NCBI RefSeq assembly: GCF_009914755.1
Contig: NC_060934.1
Source: the human T2T-CHM13v2.0 reference genome, Homo sapiens
Direction: 5' to 3' (one strand)
DNA: 64,000 bases
The notes beneath the pieces are model-generated. The model was not told the DNA's origin, did not search any database, and was given only the letters and a program-made list of their open reading frames with translations. Of the stretch, positions 43,295 to 57,649 are shown piece by piece; the stretch's first letter is position 1, and every line of letters starts with the position of its first letter. A program made the translations under genes and the position numbers.

Positions 43295-43730
43295 TTTGGT
43301 TATCTGTTGCTGGATAGCAAATCACCACTTAGTGGCCTAAATCAGAAACAATCATTTTATTATTTCCCACTGTTTCTGTGGATCAGGAGTTTTAGAAGGG
43401 CTTTGGCTGAGCACTTCTGGCTTGGGTTGCAGTCAGACAATGACTGGAGCAGCTGAGGGCTACTGGCATCTCTCTCTCCTTTGTAGACTTGAGGCCTCCA
43501 TATGTTCCCTCCATGTGAGCTGGTTGGGGCTTCCTCCAAATATGGCGGCCCTAAGACTCCAAAAGGAAGATTCCAAGTGAACCAGGTGTAAGATCTATCA
43601 ACTTTTCTGGTTTATCCTGAGATTCAAAGGGAAGGGAAATAGACTTCACCTCTTGGCAAGAAAATGCCAAAGTTTTAAAGAACATATGGGATGGGAGATA
43701 ATGTTGTGGAGTTTGGAAATACAACCTGCT
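43295..43730 (-). mobile_element. MLT1-type LTR
   Basis: ttatctgttgctg...cttagtggcctaa...tttctgtggatcaggag. Confidence 0.65.
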
Positions 43731-44294
43731 GCAAGCACTGCTTATATGCGATGCCTTCACTAAATCTCTCTCTCTCTCTCACGCACACACACACCTTATT
43801 AATTCCTCACAACAAATCAATGAGATAATTCTTATCATTCCCTGTTTTTACAGATGATGAAACTAAGGCTCAGAGAGGTTAGGTCATTTGTCCAGGGACT
43901 TGCAGTCCTCTAGTTGTAAGGTTGGGTTTCAAAATCAATGTACGTTCTTAAACAGTACACTCCACTGCCTCCTGACACACCGAGGTAAATGCCACCCTGG
44001 GAAGTTACTAGAAGCCTGTCAGCCAGTCTTCCTAGTGACTCCCACATTACCATACATAGTAAGTGTGGTGGGAGAATATTTCAAAGTATTAACTAGCATG
44101 CCTTCCTCCTTAAACCATCACATTCCTTTACTTGTGCCCTGAGGGTCTTTCCCTCATGGATACCCTGCCTGCTTCCTGCCTCCTCTGGTCCAGATAATGA
44201 GACATGAGCCACCAATTTATAAAACCAGAAAGCAAAGGCCAAAGCTACTTGTTTATTTAGTGTCTAAACTGCTTTTTGACTCCATAAAAGTGTC

Positions 44295-44766
44295 CTAGTG
44301 AGACTGACACTCGGACAGGCTCTTGATGCTTTGCCCAGGTGTCCCTGGATCCCTTGTCACCATTGTATGCCCCAACCCCATCAGTGTTCCTGAGCTTCTA
44401 ACAGGCAGCACCTGTGGCTCCTTTTTGCATATGTTTGAGTCCACTCTGCCCAACCGCACGAGAAGATAAGGAGCCTGGGCACTCAGGCCTCCCTGGCTGG
44501 TCCTTAGCCGGTGCGGGAGGGTGTGGGAGTGTGAGGGTTCAGCTGCCTGTCCTCTGGTTGGGACAACTGTGTGGGTGACACCCTCCAGAGCATTCCTGTG
44601 GGATTGGGTGAAGTTCCCCTCTGTGGGACTTTTCATGAAACTGCACCTTTGATTGGCTTCCTCCCCCTCCTTCCCCTGATTCCCTGCCTCCCTTATGGGT
44701 TTCTCTCGTTGCACCATCTTTGATAAGCCACTTAGAGCCTGCTTCTGAGGAGCCTGAGCTAAGACA
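44295..44766 (+). mobile_element. LTR16-like (ERVL) solo LTR
   Basis: 3' terminus cctgcttctgaggagcctgagctaagaca. Confidence 0.6.
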
Positions 44767-45171
44767 CCAAGGATGAGAAAAGAGAGGATGGAGGTGCTGG
44801 AGAAACTTCTTCAGTACGGGCCAGGTCCTTTGCCAGATCAGGTGGCTACAGGGAAGTCGAGCCAGCCTGGCCATTCTCATTGTGCTTCAGAAAGTAGACC
44901 CGCTTCCTGCCCTGATAACAGCAGCTGGCCAGTCACCTGTCAGCCTCAATTGAGGAGTCCCTCCTCAATATTCAGTCTAACCTTCCTTCTATGGACATAC
45001 TTGCCTCCCACCCTGTTAATGGTACCAGCTCCCTGGAATGGAGATTGGACCCAAGCTACTTAAAGGAGGGCGGTGGTCTGAGGGTAAGTCCCCCACAACT
45101 TACTCCTCCTAACACTCTCTCACTCATGCCTGACTAAAATGATACTTGATAGAACTCATTCAAAATCTCCC

Positions 45172-45506
45172 AGAGCAGATGCAGAAGCTCACACCTGTAA
45201 TCCTAGTGTTTTGGGAGACCAGTGCAGGAGGATCACTCCAGACTAGGAGTTCAATACCAGCCTGGGAAACATAATGAGACCCTGTCTCTATCAAAAAAAA
45301 AAAAAAAATCCAGGCATGGTGGCCTTCACCTGTAGTCCTAACTACTTGGGAGGCTGTGGCAAGAGGGTTGCTTGAGCCCAGGAATTTGAGGCTGCAGTGA
45401 GCCAGGATTGCACCTCCAGACTGGGCAACAAAACAACACCCTGTCTCTACAAAAATAAAAAAACAAACAAAATGAACAATAACAACAACAACAACAACAA
45501 CAACAA
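45172..45506 (+). mobile_element. AluJ with (CAA)n tail
   Basis: Diverged Alu. Confidence 0.9.
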
Positions 45507-46503
45507 TCACAGACCTGGGGCAGGGTTGGAACCCACAATGAACTAAGAGTTAGAATTCTTGAGCACTAGTCCCAGCTTAGCCCCCTGACTAGCTGTGTAA
45601 CCTGTTTTCTCACCTGCAGTATAGTCTCTGAGATCCCTCCAGCTCTAAATGCCTGTGCTTTCATAGGACAGTGCCTCCTGAGAGCTTATAATCTTGTTAG
45701 GGAGACACGACACAATTAGAAGGCTGTATATGACAGACTGGTGCACAAAGCTGAAATCAGTCCAATTAAGAGAGAAAACACTTGGTGCAGAAAACAAGTA
45801 CTGTACAGTGGCTGATTAGGATGGGAGGATTTCTGTGGGACAGAGTCTTCAGGAAAGGATTCAAAGAATTATTTGAGAAGAGCTTTGGAGGATGACTATT
45901 GCTTATGGGGAATGGGGAAAGCCACCATAGTCTTGTGCATACAATTGTTACCTGGGCGTGAAATGAGGGCAGAGACAAGGGAGAGCAGAGAATGGAATCC
46001 TGGTTATCATTTAATTGCTGTTCTAACTCTAAGTGAATACAAGAGCACACACTGCTCCAGTTATAATATGCTAGTTATTTATAGGGCTGTATTTCTATTC
46101 TCCCAGGCTTCACACACATCACTGGAAATCTGACATTCAGAACTAACATTTCCAACCCCCTAAATTTTAATTAAAGTAATTACGTTACTAACAGAAGCTA
46201 TAATTTATCTTCTCCTTGTGTTCACAAACAGGAAAAGGCAACTTTGGCCAAGCATGTTTTTCCTGACTCTTATTCCTGGTTTGTTTCTTTTGGTGGTGGA
46301 GATGGGGGCATCTTTCTTTGGTCTGGGTGGTCCAGAGATCACACTGCTTATTGCACTGTGCTTTCTATAGTGCAGAGAGGCCTGTTCTGGCTATTTGGAA
46401 TAACTGTGGTACTGAGACCCAAATGGGTTGAGTCTTTTCATTCAGGAGCAGCCATGAGCTAAGGGAAAGTCCTTCTGGCAAAGCTCTTATTGGCATAAGA
46501 CAC

Positions 46504-46505
<2 letters not shown>

Positions 46506-46552
<47 letters not shown>
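46506..46552. repeat. (TG)n microsatellite
   Basis: Direct reading. Confidence 0.97.
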
Positions 46553-46556
<4 letters not shown>

Positions 46557-47209
46557 CTGGCATTGTTGGGGATAAGAAACTCAGTGATTTAGATGAAAAC
46601 TTTCCATGCAATTAACTTTCTCCAGACTAAAGCAGGTGCGGAAGGGAGCTACTGGGCCAGTCTGCTTAGTAAATATCTATCCCCAGATGGAGAGCAATTC
46701 AATGGAAATAATTACACCAGGTCAATTAAGCAGAACTCAGATCTCCTCCTGTTAGCCCTTTTGAATTTTTTATTTCCATGAGCCAGATTTCCTCAGGATT
46801 TAAACTGCTTTACCTCTAGAAAGAGGGTGTCTCTGGGGAAATCTTATTGATTTGTGTGGTGGTGGTTGTTGCTGAAGAAGGTGGCCCCACTCCCCAGGCA
46901 AGAGCCCTGGGCTGGGCCTCCAACAGGCCTGGGTTGGAATGCTGGCTCCAGCACAGTGTAGCCTTATAACCGTAATCAAGTTATGGAATTCTCTAAACCT
47001 TAGTTTTCTCATTAGAAAAATGGGAATAGTGAGAGGGCCTCTATGTCAGCTCTTTCATAACGATTAATTGAGAAAATGCTGGTAAAGCTTTGAAAAAAGG
47101 GCCGGTATATAGTAAATGCTCCACAAACAGACACTTTTGTTATTATTATGATGATAGTTATCAACAGAGAAAAGGGATATTATTATACCTGTGCCACCTA
47201 CAATGATCC

Positions 47210-47298
47210 AATGGAAAGCTTGTATAAAATGTAGCATGTAGATGTAAGAGCTAATGGAAAGCTTGTATAAAATGTAGCATGTAGATGTAAGAGCTAAT
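47210..47298. repeat. Perfect 43-bp tandem duplication
   Basis: aatggaaagcttgtataaaatgtagcatgtagatgtaagagct x2 followed by aat. Confidence 0.97.
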
Positions 47299-47462
47299 TA
47301 TGCTCAATTCCAAACATGCAGAATTCAAGAAACAAATATGTGAGTTTATAAAATGGAACAATTAGGGAGTGATGTAAGTGCTGAACAAAAGAAGGAACTG
47401 CAGAATTCAATGAATTCTAAAGACCCTTAGCTGCACCAACTGCCAGTCCATTTGTAGATTAC

Positions 47463-47559
47463 CGATGGCTTGTCACAAAGACCGTGAGGAAGGCTGAGAA
47501 ACTAAGCATTGGGGACCATGCTAAGTTGAAAATGAGTCAGAAATGAAGTGACATCGCCT
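47463..47559 (-). pseudogene. Exon-like segment, 97 nt
   Basis: Acceptor ttcttactgatttgccttatcattctag|, donor TCG|gtaatc. Confidence 0.35.
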
Positions 47560-49551
47560 CTAGAATGATAAGGCAAATCAGTAAGAAATGGAATCCAACT
47601 GACAAAAATTCAGCTTTTTGTACAACAATGGTATTTATTGAGAGCTTACAACTTGACAGAGGTATTTCTAAGTGCTTATGTGGATTCCTTATTTAATCCT
47701 TACCACAACCTATAATGTTGGTTCTATGATTACCTCAACCTGACAGATACACAAATCTTCAGGGATGCACCTGCTACAGAAAATGAAAGTCACTTAATTC
47801 TTAAAGGAGCCCCTTTATAGACTAGGAGAGAGCCTAGATCCACCAAAGGCTTACATGTGGAAGAGGCTTACTTAAATCCTGGGAGAAATTGGATTTAGTT
47901 GTGTTCATCGATTCTAATGAATCTAACAACTATTTACACAGGGTCTTCTACTCTGTACCAGAAACTTGGTTTGCTGTTGAAGATATAATGGTAAACAAAA
48001 ATAGATATAATCAGTTCTGGGAAGATGGAATAGATATACTTTTCTTTACTCCTTCTGCTGTGTACAATAAACCCCCTGGACATTGTCTATAAAACAAACA
48101 TAAAAGGACTCTGAAAAATGGAAAGAAGGCAGATTTTCTAGGGACCTTAAGACCCAAGGAAATGACACAGTGGTGTCATTAGAGGTGTCTTAGAGATGAA
48201 GAAACCAGTGACCAAGAAATGCCAATGGGTGCAGACAATACAATTCCTGCTGTCTGTAGCCAAAGGACCAGGAAAGAGGCAGCCTAACAAGACAGGGGAC
48301 TTTCAGACACTAATGGCTCTACTCTAGCCAAACACCACAGAAAAAACTGTGGCTACCCCCAACCCCCATACTTGCAATGGCTACATGGGAGGCTAGACCT
48401 CCACCCTCTTGAGGCTGTAAGGAGGTGCTGCACTCCCCTGCAGGAATGGTGTCAGAGAGGACCAGGTAGAAAGCTGAGACTTTCATCTGCTCCAGGTGGT
48501 GATGAGGCATCCATGCCTGCAGTGTCAGTAGAAAGCTCCTGTACTCCCACCCAGCAATAATGAAGCCACCCTGTGCATCCCTGCTGGGGTGGTGTCAGAG
48601 GAGGCCTGGTGGAGAGTCAGGACTTTCACACCTGCCCAGTGGTAATGAAACCAACGCCCCCCACCACTTTCTACCCGTTTGCGTCAGTGCCCCCCCAGCC
48701 CCCACTTTCTACCCATTTGTGTCAGTGGAGGCCAGTTGGGAAGCAGTAATGAGCACCTTTCTACCCCTCCCAGCCAGAAAGGTATGAATGGAGGTTTGGT
48801 GGGGACAGAGGACTCTCACCTCTGTCCAGCTCCACCTACCTAGGTGCCAATGGACGCCCAGGAGGCAATGTGGACATATACCCCCACCTGGTGGTAACAA
48901 GGTGACACGCTCTCCTTCCCCTGCCAGAGCTGAACAGAAGTCAGCTGAAACAGAAGGCTCAAATAAGATCCAGCATCTTATATACTAAATATATCCAGGT
49001 TTTAACCAGAACCCATTTGACACACTAAGAGCCAGGAAGATACCTAATCAAATGCAAAAAGACAATTAATAGATGCCAACACCGAGAAGACAGAGATGTT
49101 AGAAATACCTGATGAAGAGTTTTAAGCAGTTATTGTAAAAATACTTCAAAGAGTAATTACAAATGTGCTTGAAACAAATGAAAATATAGAAAGTTCAAGC
49201 AAGAAAATTGAAGATATAAAGAAGAGCCAAATGGAAGTTTTAGACATGAAAAACATAATCACTGAAAATAAAAATCTCAAAGGATATATTCAACAGCAAA
49301 ACAGAGGGACAGAGGAAAGATTAATTGAACTTGCAGGTTGAAAAGTAGAAATTACCCAATTTGAACAACAGAGAGAAAGTACACTGAAAACAATAAAGAG
49401 AACAGTCTCAGTGCTTGTGGGATTGTAACAAATGATCTAGTATAAATGTTCTAGGAGTCCCAGAAGAACAGAAGACAAAGGACAGGAATGGAAAAGTACT
49501 TGGAAAAATAATGGCTGAAACCTTCCCAAATTTTGCAAACCACATACCTAC

Positions 49552-49715
49552 AAAAAAGAAAGACAGGGGTAACTATCTGAAGTGAGGAATATGTTAATTA
49601 GTTTAAGGTGAATTTATATATATACACACATATATATTAAATCATCATGTTATACACCTTAAATGTATACAGTCTTTGTCAAATATACTTCAAGTTGAAA
49701 AATTAGTTTAAAAAA
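49552..49715 (+). mobile_element. Nested L1M 3' end fragment
   Basis: L1MA/MB-type 3'UTR interrupting the host L1, flanked by cataccta/catactta. Confidence 0.55.
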
Positions 49716-49864
49716 GACATACTTATGTATTCAAGAAGCTGTGTGAATAATACAAATCATCTCCCCCAAAATCTATAAATCTCCAAAATAGAATAATCTC
49801 TCCAAAAATCTATAGCAAGGCATGTCACAAGCAAACTTTTGAAAACTTAACACAGAAGATCTCC

Positions 49865-50168
49865 TTTTTTTTTGTTTGTTTTTGTTTTGAAGAGACAGAG
49901 TCTCACTCTGTTGCCCAGGTTGGAGTACAGTGATGTGATCATAGCTCACTGTAACCTCAAACTCTTGGGCTCAAGCCATCCTCCTGCCCCAGCCTCCTGA
50001 GTAGCAAGGACCACAGGCACACACAACTACACCCAGCTGATTTTTTTTTTTTTTTTTTTTGCAGAGACAGGATCTCACTGCTGGTCTTGAACTCCTGGAT
50101 GCAAGTAATCTTCCCAACTTGGCCTCCCAAAGTGCTGGGATTATAGCCATGAGCCACCGCACCTGGCC
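49865..50168 (-). mobile_element. AluJ nested in L1
   Basis: Antisense Alu. Confidence 0.92.
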
Positions 50169-50374
50169 AGAAATATCTTTAAAGCAGGAAGAAGGAAATG
50201 ATGCATTACCTATAAGAAGAAATGATTACCTATAGAAGAAAATGATTCAAATGCAACTGATTTCTCATTGTCTGCACATAAGAAACCAGCAAAATGTATT
50301 TCAAGTGCTGAATATAAAGAAATGCCAAGCTAGAATTCCATCATCAATAAAAATATCCTTCAAGAACGAAGGGG

Positions 50375-50668
50375 ATAAGCCAGGCACAAAAATACAACTA
50401 CTGCATATTCTCACTTATATGTGGAATCTAAAATAATAGGAATAGAGAGCAGAATGATAGTTACCAGAGTCTGGGGTTTGGGAATATGGGAAGATATTGG
50501 TTAAAACATACAATGGTTCAGTTAGGAGGAATAAATAGTAAGTATTTGAGGTGATGAATATATTAATTTGCTTAACTCAATCATTCCATATTGTATACAT
50601 ACATCATAGCATCACTTTGTACTTCATAAATATATACAATTATCATTTGTCAATATTCAATTAAAAAC
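50375..50668 (+). mobile_element. Nested L1MA-type 3' end fragment
   Basis: ataagccaggcac...ttctcacttatatgtggaatcta...; flanked by agaacgaagggg/agaatgaagagg. Confidence 0.65.
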
Positions 50669-52637
50669 AGAATGAAGAGGACATGGAGGCATTTTCAGAT
50701 GAAGAGAAACTAACAGGATTTTTCAGCAGACTTACTCTAAATGAATGGCTACAGGAAATACTATAAAAATAAAGGAAATGATAAAAGAAGAAACTTTGTA
50801 ACATCAAGAAAGAAGGAAGAACCACCAGTAAACAAAAATATGGGTAAATAAAATAAAATTTTTTTTAACGTCTTTAGTTTTCTCTATTATCTTTGATGGT
50901 TGAAACAAAAATTGTAACACTATCTGATGCGGTTCTAAACGTATGTACAGGAAATACTCAAGATAACTATATCATAAGTCGGGGAGGGTAAAAGAACATA
51001 AAGGAAAGTAAGGTTTCTGTACTTTACTCAAACTGGTAAATGAAAAACTGGCAGGCTGTGATAAATTACATGCATTTAATGCGATACCTAGAGCAACCAC
51101 TAAAAAAAAAAAAAGCTATGCAAAGAGATACATTCAAATGCTATGGAAAAATAAAAATGAAATTTAAAAAATGTTCAAGAAAGCCACAGGGAGGTAAGAA
51201 AAACCAAACAGAAAAATGGAAAGCAAAGAGGATAAACAGAAAACAAAAAAGAAAATGGCAGAATTAAGCTCTAACACATAATTAATTACATTAACTATAA
51301 ATGGTCTAGATATACAAAATAAAAGAGATTGGCAGGGTTGTTTAACAAACATGACTAAATTATATTCTATCTGAAGGAAACTAACTTCAAATAGAATTAT
51401 AAATGTATGATAAAGGATATATTATGCAAATATTAACCAAAGAAAACAAGAGTAACTTTATTAATGGTAGATAAAGTATACTTCAGAACAAAGACAATTA
51501 CCAGAGATAGAGATATTATATAATGACAAAAGGGTCAATCTATTAAGAATAGCAATTTTAAATGTGTATGCATCGAACAAAAAATCTGCAAAGCATGTGA
51601 AGCAAAAACTGATATAATTGAAGGGAGAAATTTTAAAAAGTCTACAAGTATAGTTAGACACATCAACCCCTCTCTTGACAAATAATAGAACAACTAGACA
51701 GAAAATTAGCAAGAATATAGAAGAACTCAACACTACCTTCAACCAACAGGATCTAGTCAATACTTACAGAATATCCAAACCAACAATAGTAGAATATATT
51801 TTGTTTCCAAGTGCTCACAGAACATATGCAAGATAGACCATATCCTCAGCTACACAACAAACCTCAACACATTCAAAAAATTGAAAGCATACAAAATGTA
51901 TTCTCCTATAGCAATGGAATCACACTAGAAATCAATAACAGAAAGACAATAGGAAAATCTCTAAACACTTGGCAACAAAAAGACATACTCCAAAATAATT
52001 CGTGGTTCAAAGAGGGAGTCTCATGGGAAATTAAAAAAAAGTTTCAGCTGAATGAAAGTGAAAACAACATATCAAAATTTGTGGGATACAGCTAAAGTAA
52101 TGCTGGGAGGGCAATTTATAGCACAAAATGCATATGTTACAAAAGAGGAAATGTCTCAAGTCAATAATTTAAGCTCTTACCTTCAGAATCTAGAAAAAGA
52201 AGAGCAAAATAAACCTAAAGCAAGCAGGAGGAAAGAAATAATAAAGAAAACAGCTGAAATCAATGAAACTGAAAACAGAAAAACAAATGAGAAAATCATT
52301 GAAACGAAGAGCTGGTTCTTTGAAATGAGAAACAAAGTTGACAAACTTCTAGCATGACTGACAAAGTAAAAAGAAGATAGCAATATTTGGAATGGAAGAT
52401 ATCACTGCATATCCTGCAGACATCAAAAGGATATTTAGGGCATTTTACACCACAGATTTGACAACACAGACAAAATAGACCAATTTTCTTTAAAAAAAAA
52501 AACACCAGTGACTTCAACTTACCCAATATGAAATGGATAATTTGAATAGTAGTATAATTATTAAAAAATTAAATTGATAACTGAAAAAACCCACAAAACA
52601 AATTTCCAGGCCCAAATGGTTTCACTGGAGAATTTTA

Positions 52638-52937
<300 letters not shown>

Positions 52938-54499
52938 CTACACAATCTCTTGCAGACAGAATAAGAGGAGGGAATATAATATAGCCCAATTCATTTTATG
53001 ATGCTTCAATTATCATAATAGTAAAACTGGATAGATAGGAAAGGAAAGAAAGAAAGAAGGAAAGCAAGGAAAGATGGCAGGCAGGCAGGAAGGAAACCAC
53101 AGGCAAATATTATTCATGAATATAGACACAAAAATCTTTAACAAAATATTAGCAAATAGAATTCAGCAATATATGAAAAGGATTTTATATACCATGACTA
53201 AGTGGGGTTCATTGCAGGAATGCAAGGCTGGTGTAATATTAGAAAGCCAATCCATATCAATAAGTTAAAGAATAATAATCAACTGATATGTCAATTGGTG
53301 CAGAAAAATAATTTGACTAAATTTAACACCAATTTATGGTAAAAAAAAAATCAGAAAAATAGGAATAGAGAAGACCTTTATTACTTAGTAAAGAGTACCT
53401 ACAAAAAAGCAACAATTTACATGATACCTAATGGTGAAAAACTGAGTGCTTTCCTCCTAAGATCAGGAACAATGCAAAGATATCCACTCACTACTTTTAT
53501 TCAACATATTTTGGAATTTCTTGCCAGTGCAATTTAGAAAGTAAGGTAAATAATACGGATACAGTTTGAAAGGGAAGAGATAAAACTGTCCCTATTTGCA
53601 AAGGACATGACCGTTACACACAAAATCCCAAAATGTTATACAGAAATAATCCTGGAATAAGTGAGTTCAGCAAGGTCACAGGATACAAGATAAAAAAGAC
53701 AAATATGTAAAACTCAATTGTATTTCTGTATGCTAGTGATGAACTCATGGGCACAAAAATTTAAAACTATAATACCATTTACAATCACTCAAAAAATGAA
53801 ATGCTTAGGTGTAAATCTAACAAAACATGTATAGGATTTGCATGTTAAAAATCACACCACACTGATAAAAAACACAACAGAGATATAGATATTTAAGAGA
53901 CATACTTTGTTCATGGAATGGTAGATTCATCATAGTAAATAAGTCAGTTCTCTCCAAATTGATGTACAGGTTCAACACAACTCTTATCAAAACAACAACA
54001 AGATTTTCTTTATAGGTATCGACAAGTTTACTCTAAAATTTATATCAGAAGGCAAAACATTTATTTCAAAAGAATTAAAATGGCCAAAAGAGTTTTGAAA
54101 AGAGAAACAAAGTGGAAGGAACTAGTCTACCCAATTTCAAGATTTAATATATAGCTACTATAATGAAATCTGTGTTGTATTGGTAGAGGGGCAGAACTAT
54201 AGATCAAGGCAACAGAAAAGGGAACTCAGGCATAAACTCACACAAAATCACAAATATGTCCAACTGATTATTGATGAAGGTACAAATGTAATTCAATGGA
54301 GAAAAGATAGCTTGTTCAACAAATGGTACTGGAGTAATTGGAAATCTATAGGCCAAGAAAATAAACCTTGACCTGACTTACACCTAATATAAAAATTCAG
54401 TCAAAATGGTTCATGGGCTTAAATATAAAATGTAAACTCTAAAACTTATAGAAAAAAATTATAGGTGAAAATTGTCAAGATTTAGAGCTAGGCAAAGTG

Positions 54500-54815
54500 T
54501 TTTTGTTTTGTTTTGTTTTGTTTTGTTTGAGACGGAGTCTCCTCTGTTGCCTAGGCTGGAGTGCAGTGGCATGATCTTGGCTCAGTGCAAGCTCCACCTC
54601 CTGGGTTCATGCCATTCTCCTGCCTCAGCCTCCCTAGTAGCTAGGATTACAGGCGCCTGCCACCATGCCCAGCTAATTTTTTTATTTTTTTATTTTTAGT
54701 AAAGACGAGGTTTCACCGTGTTAGCCAGGATGGTCTCGATCTCTTGACCTCATGATCTGCCTGCCTCAGCCTCCCAAAGTGCTGGGATTACAGGTGTGAG
54801 CCACCATGCCAGGCC
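54500..54815 (-). mobile_element. AluY nested in L1
   Basis: tgcaagctccacctcc, gtgttagccaggatggtctcgatctc. Confidence 0.92.
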
Positions 54816-55857
54816 GCAAAATGTTCTTAATGACACCCAAACATTGATCTATAAAAGGTAAGATTTATAAATTGGACTTCATCACAATTAAAAAATTCTG
54901 CTCTGTGAGAAACCCCATTAGGAGGAAGAAGAAACAAGTTATTACCTGGAGAAAATATTTTCAAACCAAAAACCCAACAAGGACTACTTTTTAGAATATG
55001 TAAAGCACTCTCAAACTCAACAGAAAAAACAACCCAATCAGAACATGGGTCAAATATATGAAGAGGCATTTTACTCTAAGAGGATACATGGATGGCAAAT
55101 AAGACATGAAAAGACGTTCAACTTCATTAGCCAATGGGACAATGCAAATTAAAGCCACAATGAAATTTCACTACACACCCACCAGAATGGCTAAAATTGA
55201 AGAAAAGTAATAACACTAAATTCTGAAGAAGATTCAGAGAAACTTGACCACTCATACTTTGCTGATGGGAATGCAAAATGGTACAGCCACTCTGAAAAAA
55301 ATAGTTTGGCAGTTTGTTAAAAAAACTAAACAGGGAACTACCATATCACCTAGCAATTACACTCTTGGACATTTATGCTAGAGAAATAAAAACATATTCA
55401 TGGAAACACCTGTCTGTAAATGTTATTGCAACTTTGTTCATAACAGTTAAAAACTGGAAACATCTCAGATGTCCCTCAACAGGTAAACATCCATACCATA
55501 AAATCCAGCTCAGCAATAGCATAGAACAGATTAATGATACACGCAACCTAGATGAATCTCCAGAGAATTATGCTGAGTGAGAAAAGCCAACCCCAAAAGG
55601 TTATAAACTGTATGATTCTTTTTATTTAACATTCTTGAAATGGCAAAATTATAGAAATGGAGAAGAGATTAGTGGTTGCCAGAGATTAAGGAGATGGGGA
55701 CAGGTGGGAAGTGGGCATGGCTATAAAAGGGTCATATGAGGGATTCTTGAAATGATGGGAGGGCTCTGTAGCTTTGTCAATATTCTGGTCGTGATACTGC
55801 GCTGTATTTCTGCAAGCTGTTACCGCTGGAGGAAATGATAAATGGTACATCTGATCT

Positions 55858-56255
55858 CTTTGTTTCTTTTCTTTTTCTTTTTTTCTTTTCTTTTCTTTTT
55901 TTCTTTTCTTTTCCTTTCCTTTCCTTTCTCTCTCTCTCTCTTTCTTCTTTCTTTCCTTTCTTTCCCTTTAAGAGACAGGGTTTTGCTCTGTTGCTGAGGC
56001 TGGAGTGCAGTGGCACCATCATAGCTCATTGCAACCTTGAACTCCTGAGCTCAAGCCATACTCCCACCTAGTCTCCGAGTAGCTAGGACTACAGGCATGC
56101 ATCAACACGTCTGGCTAATTTTTTAATTTTATTTTTTGTAGAGATGGGGACTTGCTAGGTTGTCCAGGCTGATCTCCAACTCCTGGACTCAAGCGATCCT
56201 CCTGTCTCAGACTCCTGAAGGTCTGAGATTACAGGTGTGAGCCACCATGCCTGGC
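55858..56255 (-). mobile_element. AluJ with expanded CT-rich tail nested in the L1 3'UTR
   Basis: Antisense Alu with (CTTTT)n tail. Confidence 0.9.
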
Positions 56256-56319
56256 CTTTTTGTATTTCTTATAACTGCATGTGAATCAACAATTATTTCA
56301 GAACAAGAAGTTTAATTAA

Positions 56320-56740
56320 AATAGGTATGACCTCTTTGCTGATGAAGTTTATAATAGACTGGAGGAGAGAGGCATTAATTAAACCTCTAGGCAAACATAT
56401 TTAGAAATTCAACTATAAGAATGCTTTTAAGAAGAGGTGTATAGTACCAGGAGAACATATAATAGATGGGGTGATCATATGATTTAGTGCTCAAAATGGG
56501 ATACTGTTGAGAGTGAAAGGGGATGCTATTAGTAAGTACACTGGGAAAATGAACCTAAACTGGGACATGCAGTCACCTTAATAATAGGGGAGGGAGATGC
56601 GTCCTGACTCATTCAGTGGGGCCAAGGGAGGCTCCCTGAAGGAGGTGAAGATAGACTGAGGACCAGAAGGAAGATAACAGTAAATCACGCAAGGTGGAGG
56701 AGAAGAGCAATAAGAGCAAAAGTCCCATGCCAGAGGGGCG
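56320..56740 (-). mobile_element. L2 fragment
   Basis: gggaggctccctgaaggaggtgaag...gaggaccagaagga. Confidence 0.55.
56469..56580. mobile_element. MER94-like hAT MITE
   Basis: gggtgatcata...gagagtgaaaggggatgctatt...gtcacctta terminal inverted repeats. Confidence 0.65.
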
Positions 56741-57400
56741 CCCGGACCTGTGGAAAGAGGAGTTTGGAGTTGGAGCTGCTGATGGATTCTGCCCGACTCC
56801 CAGGGCCGAGAAGCCCCTGCGTGGTTTCCAGCAGGAAAGCCCTCATCCGGGATCTGGCTCTGATTCCTGTGACCTGGACGCACTCTCCCTTCTGCTGCCC
56901 TGACTGGGGGGTGTTCCGTCGTAGACCGCGTGTTTGTTTTGAGGCTATATTTAGTTTCCTCTTTGCTCTCTCTGCCACGCTTGAACAACTTGCCAAGGAT
57001 GCCATCTCTCTTACGTCCGCCGTGGTGCTCCGGATTCTGACTCATTCGGACGAACGGGTCGGGGTCGCGGAACCTGCGTGCGCAGGTGGTCACAGACGCG
57101 TCCACGGTACATCTCCCTCTCCATCCTGCAGCTGCTGAAGTGGCCTCGGGCCATTCCTGAAGGTTTTGTCCTGTTCCTTTGCCCAGTCCCACGCTTCTTC
57201 TGAGCTGCAGACCCATCTTTACTTGGCTGTTCCTGCTCCTCTGGGGAGCTCCTCGTTCCTCTCGGTTTCTCCACCCCGGGTCCTCTTTCTTGCTCTTAGG
57301 AACGGCCCCTGCCCCATCATTCGCCCTGGACGGTGGGTTTAACTCTCTGAGCATCAGAGTCCCAGCCTGTAGAACAGAGATACTCGCCCGGGCGCTGGGC
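56730..57400. promoter_or_regulatory. CpG island-like element, candidate promoter
   Basis: About 38 CpGs in ~670 bp (manual count) in an otherwise CpG-depleted window; NRF1-like TGCGTGCGCA 57075-57084; AP-1 TGACTCA 57038-57044. Confidence 0.7.
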
Positions 57401-57649
57401 TTCTCCAGGACTCTGGGAAGATTAAATGGGGGAGATGGACACATATTCACCTCTTGTTCAGAGCCATAGCATTGAAGCCAGGCATCAAGGCGATTTCTAT
57501 GAAGTTATTTGCTCTTGAAGTCTAATCTCACCTGGGGAAATTAAAAGGTTTGCTCTCTCATGAAGGAAATCCCGCATCATTGGGCAGAGGAAGATACTTC
57601 TTTTGGGGGGGTGGTGGAGTTAGGGATGGATGGTAAAAGGGGGTCTAAT

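Noticed and set aside
56726-56743. Second CTCF site
   Set aside because: An extra G breaks the core spacing; poor match.
56578-57450. Longest ORF (290 aa, minus strand) as a real CDS
   Set aside because: It spans a MIR-like start, the GC-rich island (few stops expected) and an L2 remnant; no recognisable domain. The apparent acceptor at ~57367 is the MIR core.
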